Assembly: GCA_964532495.1 (NCBI GenBank)
Contig: CAZHJZ010000006.1
Coordinates: 1-53,487, forward strand
Direction of reading: 5' to 3'
Length of the DNA stretch: 53,487 bases
Source: an uncultured Candidatus Saccharibacteria bacterium
GTDB taxonomy: Bacteria > Patescibacteriota > Minisyncoccia > Phycocordibacterales > UBA9973
The position numbers and the translations under genes were made by a program. The notes below the pieces were generated by a model, which saw only the letters and a program-made list of their open reading frames with translations, was not told where the DNA came from and searched no databases. This document shows positions 26,929 through 34,556 of the stretch, one piece after another (position 1 is the first letter of the stretch; the number at the start of each line of letters is the position of its first letter).

Positions 26929-27183
26929 ATGAGACCGATTACACCAGTTTTTGCCAGCGATGTTAAACTCGCAAAGCCTTTTTCATTTTCAAACGAGTTA
27001 TTAGAACTAGCAGCCGGTGCCCCCGATCTGAGAGTTTTAAAAAAGTTTATTGATGTTATACAACTTTCCAAAATCCCTAAAAGCTACAAATTATTTACTC
27101 GTGTTTTTGAAAACGGTAAAATAGTATCTAAGGCATTACCGGTAGAACACTTTTTAATGTTAGCCAACATTATACAAAGTTAA
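26929..27183 (+). CDS. Hypothetical small protein
   Basis: 84-aa ORF flanked by a promoter and a terminator. No motif. Confidence 0.4.
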   Translation: MRPITPVFASDVKLAKPFSFSNELLELAAGAPDLRVLKKFIDVIQLSKIPKSYKLFTRVFENGKIVSKALPVEHFLMLANIIQS

Positions 27184-27250
27184 TTACCTGCCGTGCGGTC
27201 CTCGCACATTTCTCTTACGTGGCATCCTGCCGCGCTTCTATATAGCCAGT

Positions 27251-27282
27251 CCCATCCACTATCTGTGGGTGGGCATTTTTTT
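27251..27282 (+). terminator. Intrinsic terminator (plus strand)
   Basis: Stem cccatccac/gtgggtggg, then T7. Confidence 0.7.
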
Positions 27283-27286
27283 ATCT

Positions 27287-27317
27287 AAAAAAACAAGCTA
27301 TACATATGTATAGCTTG
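27287..27317 (-). terminator. 24-bp perfect palindrome (27294..27317) that reads as an intrinsic terminator on the minus strand (followed there by T7)
   Basis: caagctatacat|atgtatagcttg preceded on the plus strand by A7. Lies tail-to-tail with the plus-strand terminator at 27251..27282. Confidence 0.5.
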
Positions 27318-27403
27318 AGGAGAGATGGGGAATAGGGAGTAAGGATAGATAATAGAATAAGAGAGGAGGGAAAAGAAATGTATGGGTTAGAGGTGTAGTT
27401 TAA
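27315..27403 (+). other. 89-nt cytosine-free, roughly 79 percent purine tract
   Basis: Direct count gives no C between 27315 and 27403. There are 10 GGA motifs between 27315 and 27560. No ORF of 60 aa or more on either strand. Confidence 0.9.
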
Positions 27404-27562
27404 CGGATTAATTGATGGCGAGCTAAAAGGGGTACGTTAATGGGGCACTACAGGGATACATTTCAAGAAATTCTATTAAAGTATGCTTAGGTCGGTATTC
27501 CGATATATGAGTACTCGAACTGGTCGAGAGAACTGTCTGTGAAAGGACTGAGGATTACTTTA

Positions 27563-27584
27563 TTTATATCATATATGATATAAA
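27563..27584. repeat. 22-nt perfect AT-rich palindrome (tttatatcat at atgatataaa)
   Basis: Read directly. Followed by aaatgcacaaata. Related to the repeat at 27633..27658. Confidence 0.85.
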
Positions 27585-27632
27585 ATGCACAAATAAAGCT
27601 GTGGATAACTCTAAAATAGCTAATAAATCAAG

Positions 27633-27658
27633 TTTATATATCATACTTGATATATAAA
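27633..27658. repeat. 11-bp inverted repeat (tttatatatca / tgatatataaa, 4-nt loop), a second copy of the 27563 element
   Basis: Read directly. Followed by aaatggtgcaaata, which parallels the tail of the first copy. Confidence 0.85.
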
Positions 27659-27690
27659 ATGGTGCAAATACCACATTGAACCAAGAAGCC

Positions 27691-27719
27691 TTTACAAACC
27701 AAGTCTTTTTAAGTACTAT
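27691..27719 (+). promoter_or_regulatory. Candidate promoter TTTACA-N17-TACTAT for the ileS T-box leader
   Basis: Hexamers at 27691..27696 and 27714..27719. The predicted start is near 27726, just before GCGATGA. Confidence 0.5.
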
Positions 27720-27725
27720 TTCAAT

Positions 27726-27934
27726 ATAAGCGATGACGAGGCCATCACCTCTGAGCTCCGGAAAGAACATCTCGAAAGAGATCAGTAGATTCTGGCGGGT
27801 AAGCCCGTTAGCGCAGTAATAAGATGCCTTGAGAATATTCTCTCGGCGAAATAAGGTGGTACCGCGAGGGTCAGCAAGAAACTCGTCCTTATACAAGAAT
27901 TTATTTTATTGTATAAGGACGGGTTTTTATATTT
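27726..27934 (+). promoter_or_regulatory. T-box riboswitch leader with terminator/antiterminator, upstream of ileS
   Basis: T-box core AAGGTGGTACCGCG at 27853..27866. Antiterminator geometry is AAGG / bulge TGGTACC / CGCGAG...CTCG-T-CCTT. Terminator is cgtccttatacaa/ttgtataaggacg plus T5 (27884..27927). The 5' GCGATGA is a K-turn-like start. A CCGTTA (F-box-like) and two AGTA motifs are present. Confidence 0.85.
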
Positions 27935-30900
27935 ATGGATACTCAAAACACCAACAACAAATCTGAGGCTGCACTTCGCGAAGAGCGAGTGATGGCTTTT
28001 TGGAAGCAGAACAATACGTTTCAAAAATCTCTCAGCAAGGAATCGCCGAAAGGGAATTATGTTTTTTATGACGGTCCGCCGTTTGCTACTGGAGTGCCGC
28101 ACTACGGACACATTCTCGGCTCCACTGCTAAAGACGTTATTGGCCGCTACAAAACTATGCAGGGATTCAATGTCCCTCGAAAGTGGGGATGGGATTGTCA
28201 TGGTTTGCCGATTGAGAACATCGTTGAAAAAGACCTTGGCATTTCAGGGCACGTTGAAATTGAAAACTTCGGCGTAGAAAAATTCGTCGAGCATGCTCGA
28301 AGTAAAGTTCTTACTTATGTTTCTGAATGGAAAAAAACAGTTGATCGTATGGGTCGCTGGGTCAATTTCGACGGATCGTACAAGACCATGGATAACACAT
28401 TCATCGAGTCTGTCTGGTGGGCGCTGGGAGAATTGCATAAAAAAGGTTTGATATATGAAGGCGTGCGCGTGCTTGCGTACTGTCCTCGCTGCGAAACTCC
28501 GATCGCCAAGTCTGAAATTGCCATGGATAATTCCTACAAGGATATTTCTGATATTTCAGTGTACGTAAAGTTCGAGCTTGTTGATGAGCCAGGAACATTT
28601 TTGATTGCATGGACGACGACACCATGGTCATTGCCGGGAGATACTGCCGTTGCTATCAATGCCGAGGCGATATATATAAAAGCAAAAATTGAAACTGAAT
28701 TTTTCATCGTTGCAAAAGATCGCGCGGAAACTGTATTTAAGGATAAGGCATATGAAGTTGTAGAAGAATTTCCCGGCTCGCATCTTGTCGGTAAAAAATA
28801 TCTTCCGCCGTTTGATTACTACGCAAATAGCGAAGCCATCCTTTCCAACCCAAAATCTTGGACTGTTGTTGCGGCTGACTTTGTCACCACAACAGACGGT
28901 ACCGGTATCGCTCACGAAGCTCCGGCTTTTGGTGAAGACGATGCCAACCTCGCTAAAAAAGAAAATCTTCCGTACATCATCCACGTTACACCAGAAGGAA
29001 AGTTTGCGCCTGAAGTTACTGATTTTGCCGGCATGCCGATCAAGCCGAAATCATCTGAAAAAGACGGACATATGGTTGCCGATATCGAGATCATCAAATA
29101 CCTTGCTGCGAAGAATCTCCTTTTCAAAAAAGAAAAGATAGTGCACTCGTACCCGCACTGCTACCGTTGCGATACGCCGCTCTTTTATTACGCACTCCCA
29201 TCATGGTTTATCAACATCCAAAACGTAAAGCCGCACTTGCTCGAAAACGCAAAAGCTATGGAGTGGATACCATCCCATCTTAAAGATGGCCGCTTCAAAC
29301 ACACAATGGAAAGCGCGCCAGACTGGAATATTTCCCGCAATCGTTACTGGGCATCACCGCTTCCAATTTGGAAATCTAAAGAAGGGAAGCTGTTGTTTGC
29401 AAATTCAATTGATGATTTGAAGGCAAAAGCAAAAAAATCTGGCAATACATACTTCGCTATGCGTCACGGCTATGGCCAGCACATGGATGCGGGCGTAATG
29501 AGCGGTCTTGATCATGATTCATATCATTTGACCGAAGACGGCAGGAAGGGAGTTCTTGCACAGGCAGAAAATCTCAAAAAAGATGGCATCACAAAAATTT
29601 TCGCATCGCCGCTGATCCGAACTCAGGAAACTGCAAAAATGGCAGCGGAGATACTTGGCGTGCCTGCGGAGTCAATCATCACTGATAACCGTTTGCGAGA
29701 ATATGATTTCGGCGAATGGGACGGAAAGCCTTGGCAGGATTATGTAAACTACCGCAAGGACCATCTTGGATCATATGATGAAAAACTTGGGGGATCATCG
29801 CTTCTTGAAACCAAGCAGCGTTTTGGTGATTTTATGTACGATCTCGAATCAAAATATCAGAACGAAAGAATCTTGATCGTTACGCACGGCATATTCTTTG
29901 AAACGGTTGCTGCTGTTGTTGCTGGAGCTGACAATAAACAATCACTTGAAATCCTCTTTACACAGTTTACTGGTAACCGTATTCAGCCAGCCGAAATCCG
30001 AAATATTCCATTTATTCCGCTTCCTCATAACGCCCGCTACGAACTAGATCTCCACCGTCCGTACATCGACGCAATCAAGCTTGTCGATGAAGACGGCGCT
30101 GAATACGAGCGCATTCCCGAAGTGATCGACTGCTGGTTTGAATCTGGCTCCATGCCGTTCGCACAAGATCACTATCCGTTTGAGAATCCAAACTGGAAAG
30201 AGAATAATTTTCCGGCTGGCTTTGTCGCTGAATATATTCCGCAGACTCGAACGTGGTTTTATTATACCCATGTTATCTCGTCAATTCTTTTCGGCCACGC
30301 GCCGTTTGAGCACGTGGTGACGACGGGAACAGTTCTCGCTGAAGACGGGCAGAAAATGTCCAAATCAAAGAATAATTTCCCTGACCCGTGGGTCTTGTTC
30401 GACAAATATGGCGTTGATCCGCTTCGCCTCTATCTGATGTCATCACCGCTTATGAAAGGAGAGGATGTGAACTTTTTGGAAAAGTCCGTCGCTGATATTG
30501 CAAGCAAAATTATCGGCCGCCTATTCAACGTTTTGTCTTTCTACGAATTATATCGAGATGTCTCTCTTGAAAAAGAAACAGTTTCTTCTGACAATGTGCT
30601 CGATATGTGGATATTGTCTCGTCTCAATCAGGTTGTCGCAGAAGTAACAAAAGGAATGGAAGCGTACGACCTGCCAGAAGCGACGCGACCGTTCGATCTT
30701 TTTGTCGACGACCTTTCTACTTGGTATCTTCGACGATCACGCGATCGCATCAAGGACGGAGATGTTGGCGCCAAGCAAACTCTCTATACGGTCTTGAAAA
30801 CAATAGCAGTGACGCTTGCTCCGTTCGCGCCATTTACTGCCGAAGAAATGTGGATGCGCTTGAAGAATGAACAAAATGAGGAAAGCGTGCATCTTGCTTT

Positions 30901-31393
30901 ATGGCTAGAGAAAACCGGCACAGCATCGGACGCAGTTCTTGAATCAATGAAGAATGTCCGCGATTATTGCGCTGCCGGCCATATGATCCGCCAGAAAGCC
31001 TCTATTCCGGTTCGCCAGCCACTCGCAACTCTATACATTCCTGAAGTTCCAGAAGCAGCATATCTTGAAATTCTCAAAGATGAATTGAATGTCAAAGCGA
31101 TTGAAAAAGGAGAAGCCGTAGTCTTTGATGAGACTATTACTCCTGAATTGAAATTGGAAGGAAATTACCGCGAGCTTGTCCGAGCAGTGCAAGATATGCG
31201 AAAGAAAGAAGGCTTGACTCCAAGTGATCGAATCAACGCCTCTCTTTCACAAGAAGCCGAAATATTGGTTGCTCCGTTCATGGATGACTTCAAGAAAACA
31301 GTGCAAGCGGATGGAGTTTCATTTACCGACACGGATGGGACTGAAATTACTGTCGGTGAAACTAAGCTCACAGTAAAAGTTGCTAAGATATAG
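27935..31393 (+). CDS. ileS: Isoleucyl-tRNA synthetase (type 2) carrying an internal histidine-phosphatase-like domain insertion
   Basis: PHYGHIL (HIGH), GWDCHGLPIE, WNISRNRYWASPLPIW, DLHRPYID, WFESGSMPF, and KMSKSKNN (KMSKS). At 1152 aa it is longer than I recall for type-2 IleRS. Confidence 0.95.
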   Translation: MDTQNTNNKSEAALREERVMAFWKQNNTFQKSLSKESPKGNYVFYDGPPFATGVPHYGHILGSTAKDVIGRYKTMQGFNVPRKWGWDCHGLPIENIVEKDLGISGHVEIENFGVEKFVEHARSKVLTYVSEWKKTVDRMGRWVNFDGSYKTMDNTFIESVWWALGELHKKGLIYEGVRVLAYCPRCETPIAKSEIAMDNSYKDISDISVYVKFELVDEPGTFLIAWTTTPWSLPGDTAVAINAEAIYIKAKIETEFFIVAKDRAETVFKDKAYEVVEEFPGSHLVGKKYLPPFDYYANSEAILSNPKSWTVVAADFVTTTDGTGIAHEAPAFGEDDANLAKKENLPYIIHVTPEGKFAPEVTDFAGMPIKPKSSEKDGHMVADIEIIKYLAAKNLLFKKEKIVHSYPHCYRCDTPLFYYALPSWFINIQNVKPHLLENAKAMEWIPSHLKDGRFKHTMESAPDWNISRNRYWASPLPIWKSKEGKLLFANSIDDLKAKAKKSGNTYFAMRHGYGQHMDAGVMSGLDHDSYHLTEDGRKGVLAQAENLKKDGITKIFASPLIRTQETAKMAAEILGVPAESIITDNRLREYDFGEWDGKPWQDYVNYRKDHLGSYDEKLGGSSLLETKQRFGDFMYDLESKYQNERILIVTHGIFFETVAAVVAGADNKQSLEILFTQFTGNRIQPAEIRNIPFIPLPHNARYELDLHRPYIDAIKLVDEDGAEYERIPEVIDCWFESGSMPFAQDHYPFENPNWKENNFPAGFVAEYIPQTRTWFYYTHVISSILFGHAPFEHVVTTGTVLAEDGQKMSKSKNNFPDPWVLFDKYGVDPLRLYLMSSPLMKGEDVNFLEKSVADIASKIIGRLFNVLSFYELYRDVSLEKETVSSDNVLDMWILSRLNQVVAEVTKGMEAYDLPEATRPFDLFVDDLSTWYLRRSRDRIKDGDVGAKQTLYTVLKTIAVTLAPFAPFTAEEMWMRLKNEQNEESVHLALWLEKTGTASDAVLESMKNVRDYCAAGHMIRQKASIPVRQPLATLYIPEVPEAAYLEILKDELNVKAIEKGEAVVFDETITPELKLEGNYRELVRAVQDMRKKEGLTPSDRINASLSQEAEILVAPFMDDFKKTVQADGVSFTDTDGTEITVGETKLTVKVAKI
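29432..30040 (+). other. In-frame histidine phosphatase (PGAM-like) domain inserted in IleRS (about residues 500-702)
   Basis: FAMRHGYGQH (RHG), ASPLIRTQETA, REYDFGEWDGK, and LIVTHGIF. Flanked by the IleRS blocks PLPIW... and ...DLHRPYID. Confidence 0.8.
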
Positions 31394-31399
31394 ATATAT

Positions 31400-32605
31400 A
31401 TGCCACTCGAGAAAGTACTAAAACTATTTCAGCCGAAGAGCGTTGAAGAACATGAGCGAATAGTAGATACGCAGATGCTATCGCTTCAGCTAAAGTACGC
31501 CGATCGAGTGTTTTCTGGCGAGATACCCGTTCTCGGAAGTGAAAGAAAGAGTGGGAAGGGTTTCGCAACTCTTATGCTTGAAAGTTCTTCGATCCTCCAC
31601 TACGCTTCAAAGCTATTGCGAGAAAAAGCTAACTACGACAATAAAGAAATACGAGATACCTTAGGGCAAATAATAATGCTCGAGGCATATCAAATTCACA
31701 GAGACCATGCTCCTGATTGGATAGATAGAATTCAGAAAATGATTATTGATGTTACCGATGAGGAGGCAAAAAAGATAAATGAAAAGATCAATACGCGAAT
31801 CAAACCGCAAGAAGACATGAAGAGTGAGATTGGGTTGCTGAATTATGCGACCAATCATGATCCCGAAGAGATTACCGCTATGGGATTGGATCCCAAAGAT
31901 GATTATGTTTCTGTTCATTTTGAGGCGCTGTATAAGCAGCGAGCAAAGGGAGAAGTATCGCTTACAATTGAAGAATCACTTGAAAAATTAGCAGTCGTTA
32001 TCCTTGAACAATATCCGCAAACACGCGCAGTGATTGCTCATTCATGGCTGGTAGAATCTCACTATGCGGCAGCGCTTGGATTGCAAAATATCAAGCGAGA
32101 TTACTCTCCGAATTGGACACTCTCTTTTTGGGGTCAATTCTTAAATAAAAAGGGTGAGATCAATCAGGAGCGAGCGGCAAAGTTCTTGGAGACTGGTGTT
32201 CCAGAGTACTATGTTTCTTACGGTTCTGTGCCCATTGTTGATTTTCTTAAAAAATATTTGCCGCAAGAAAAGAAAGGCTCTGTTGTTCTAAAAGAAATCC
32301 GTCCTGGTTTTTACGAAAAGTTTCAGCATGATACAAAGGTCATAAAAGACATACAGGAAGAATGGGATACGATTACCCCAGAAGAGATAAAAACTCTAGT
32401 TGAAACATGCGAGGTGATTGGAGAATTTGAACAAAGTGGCAATGGTAATCAATCTGGCCATATCGCTCGTATGTTATGTGAATGGAAGGATGCAAAGTTG
32501 TCTGTACAAGAAATGGAGCATCAATTTTCTACTGATGAAAAGATTGAAGAATTTAAGAAATGGTATGAAGATTATAAATATATAAGTAAGGAATATACGA
32601 TTTAA
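31400..32605 (+). CDS. Hypothetical protein, co-transcribed with ileS
   Basis: 401-aa ORF starting 6 nt after the ileS stop. The segment VSVHFEAL...AVIAHSWLVES is faintly reminiscent of a GNAT-like acyltransferase C-terminal domain. That resemblance is not secure. Confidence 0.55.
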   Translation: MPLEKVLKLFQPKSVEEHERIVDTQMLSLQLKYADRVFSGEIPVLGSERKSGKGFATLMLESSSILHYASKLLREKANYDNKEIRDTLGQIIMLEAYQIHRDHAPDWIDRIQKMIIDVTDEEAKKINEKINTRIKPQEDMKSEIGLLNYATNHDPEEITAMGLDPKDDYVSVHFEALYKQRAKGEVSLTIEESLEKLAVVILEQYPQTRAVIAHSWLVESHYAAALGLQNIKRDYSPNWTLSFWGQFLNKKGEINQERAAKFLETGVPEYYVSYGSVPIVDFLKKYLPQEKKGSVVLKEIRPGFYEKFQHDTKVIKDIQEEWDTITPEEIKTLVETCEVIGEFEQSGNGNQSGHIARMLCEWKDAKLSVQEMEHQFSTDEKIEEFKKWYEDYKYISKEYTI

Positions 32606-32611
32606 ACAATT

Positions 32612-32713
32612 ATGAAAAAAGTATTTATCATTCACGGCTTTGGTGGAATGCCTAACGGAGGATGGGGTACAATGCCATGTTCTTGTTACTATCACTTCCC
32701 AAAATACGTCTGA
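32612..32713 (+). pseudogene. Possible remnant of an alpha/beta-hydrolase gene (first about 18 codons only)
   Basis: MKKVFIIHGFGGMPNGGW looks like the N-terminal strand and oxyanion loop of YdeN/RBBP9-type serine hydrolases. The frame then runs into unrelated sequence and stops after 33 codons. Confidence 0.25.
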
Positions 32714-32758
32714 GTGATATACTCTTTTTATTAGTCAGTAAGATATATTGAATATTAT

Positions 32759-32992
32759 ATGTCACACGAATCAGCGCACGGCCATCATATACGTTTCGAA
32801 GCTACTAAGGGAAGCGATGAAGAAAAAGCATTCGAGGCAGCAGCTTCGCATTTAAGAGGAATGTCATTTGAGGCCGCAGAAAAAATTTTTAACAAATCTC
32901 GAGACGAACACCGCATAGATATTTCAGCCGGCGGGCATACTGTGACTTTGGTTACAGAAGCGGACAACTATCGATTTGACTTTAAGCACTAA
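32759..32992 (+). CDS. Hypothetical small protein
   Basis: 77-aa ORF, His-rich N-terminus, no motif. Confidence 0.4.
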   Translation: MSHESAHGHHIRFEATKGSDEEKAFEAAASHLRGMSFEAAEKIFNKSRDEHRIDISAGGHTVTLVTEADNYRFDFKH

Positions 32993-33039
32993 TATACTGA
33001 AAATGAAAAAAGAATCAGTACTGCGACCGCATAACTAAT

Positions 33040-33936
33040 ATGTGGCTCCTTCTTTCACTTATCGGACCCATTTTATGGGCAGGTATCAATCACGTCGACA
33101 AGCATCTGATGTCGCGCTATTTCGACGATGTTCCGGCTCCGGTGCCGATCATGTTTACGTCGGCCTCAGCGGGACTTTTCGCGATCTTTTTCGGAGTCTT
33201 TTTCAAGGTTACAGATATTACTGCGATGCAAGCATTGATAGTGGCACTTTCTGGCGCAGGATTGGTTTGTGCGTACATACCATATATGTCTGCACTTCGA
33301 AATGAAGAAGCGTCTACGGTTGCGCCGCTCTGGCAGCTGATCACAGTATGTACCTATTTCTTGGGACTGATTTTCCTCCATGAATCCCTGACTCTTCACC
33401 AGCTTCTTGCTGCGCTCCTCATGATCGGAGCAGCGGTACTGTTTACGCTTGATACCAAAAAATATATTTTTAAAGCCCGAACATTCTTTTTAATGCTCCT
33501 CGGTTCGTTTCTGATCTCATGCAATATTGTCGCGTTCAAAGTAGTCGCGCTCCAGACCTCATTTACTGTTTCAGCTTTCTGGGAGTATATCGGAGCTGTC
33601 GGCGTTCTATTTCTTTTGGCATGCGTGCCATCATATCGGAAAGGTTTCGTAATGGTTATCAAAAAGTATAAAAGGCCGCTCCTCGGCTGGGCTTTTTCAA
33701 CCGAAGCGCTCAATCTCTTCGCTCGACTTTCCGTAAACTATGCGGGGCTTCTCGTTCCCGTTGTGTTTGTTAATTTGGTAAATAGCACCCAGCCAATATT
33801 CATACTTTTGTACGGAGTCATCATGGCTCTTGTGTTCGGATATAAAAAAGATCTTGTCATCTTAAAGCGCGACCTTATTCAAAAAACTGTGGCCGCGCTC
33901 CTCATAGTCCTCGGCGCCTACCTGCTTTTCTTTTAA
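33040..33936 (+). CDS. EamA/DMT-family transporter
   Basis: 298 aa with about 10 TM in a two-fold 5+5 arrangement typical of EamA domains. Confidence 0.7.
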   Translation: MWLLLSLIGPILWAGINHVDKHLMSRYFDDVPAPVPIMFTSASAGLFAIFFGVFFKVTDITAMQALIVALSGAGLVCAYIPYMSALRNEEASTVAPLWQLITVCTYFLGLIFLHESLTLHQLLAALLMIGAAVLFTLDTKKYIFKARTFFLMLLGSFLISCNIVAFKVVALQTSFTVSAFWEYIGAVGVLFLLACVPSYRKGFVMVIKKYKRPLLGWAFSTEALNLFARLSVNYAGLLVPVVFVNLVNSTQPIFILLYGVIMALVFGYKKDLVILKRDLIQKTVAALLIVLGAYLLFF

Positions 33937-33953
33937 GGTATAATACTCGTGCG

Positions 33954-34541
33954 ATGTATCACATCCACCATACTAATGCTCTTATTCTCAGCAGCCGAAA
34001 CCGAGGCGAAGCCAATCGGGTCTTTACGCTGCTTACTCGGGAAATGGGATTGGTTCATGCGGTGGCCCAAGGAGTCCGTCTCGGCAAATCAAAGCTTCGC
34101 TACGCGCTGACAGATTATTCATATGCAAAGATCGACTTGGTAAAAGGGAAGGAGGTATGGAGAATCACTTCGGCTACGCCCGTGAATTCCTTTGCGCAAA
34201 TACGCCAAAATCCCCGCGGCATCCAGCTCTTGGCGAGCGTGTCCATGCTCCTGCGTCGTCTTATTCGAGGAGAATCCGAAACTCAAGAATCTATTTTTGA
34301 CGATACGCTGCTAGCGTATACCTATCTTGAAAGTGTTCCTCATGACGCTTCGATATATGAAGTTGTCGAGCTTGTATTGGTGCTGCGCATTCTTAAAATG
34401 CTTGGGTATATCAGCGATAACTCATTTGCAGAAGAATATACCAGTGCGCCGTTTGCTCCAGCATCTATTGATGTGGCGAGATTTGAGAAAAAGACTATCG
34501 TCTTTGAAATCAATAGAGCGTTGCGAGAGAGCCACTTGTGA
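33954..34541 (+). CDS. recO: DNA repair protein RecO
   Basis: N-terminal OB-fold pattern ALILSSRNRGEANRVFTLLTREMGLVHAVAQGVR..KSKLRYAL. Size and helical C-terminus fit RecO. Confidence 0.7.
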   Translation: MYHIHHTNALILSSRNRGEANRVFTLLTREMGLVHAVAQGVRLGKSKLRYALTDYSYAKIDLVKGKEVWRITSATPVNSFAQIRQNPRGIQLLASVSMLLRRLIRGESETQESIFDDTLLAYTYLESVPHDASIYEVVELVLVLRILKMLGYISDNSFAEEYTSAPFAPASIDVARFEKKTIVFEINRALRESHL

Positions 34542-34556
34542 TATACTTTACGGTAT

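Noticed and set aside
27600-27608. A replication origin suggested by perfect DnaA boxes (here and at 2899..2907) and nearby AT-rich repeats
   Set aside because: There are only two isolated perfect 9-mers 25 kb apart, against roughly 0.4 expected by chance on both strands. I found no cluster of boxes, no dnaA or dnaN nearby, and no strand-bias switch among the genes.
27564-27896. 110-aa minus-strand ORF (or a 68-aa version from the Met at 27770) upstream of ileS
   Set aside because: Its 5' half is antisense to the T-box leader and terminator, and its 3' half runs through the AT-rich palindromes. It has no SD or promoter. A short hydrophobic peptide cannot be strictly excluded, but the regulatory-RNA explanation accounts for the sequence better.
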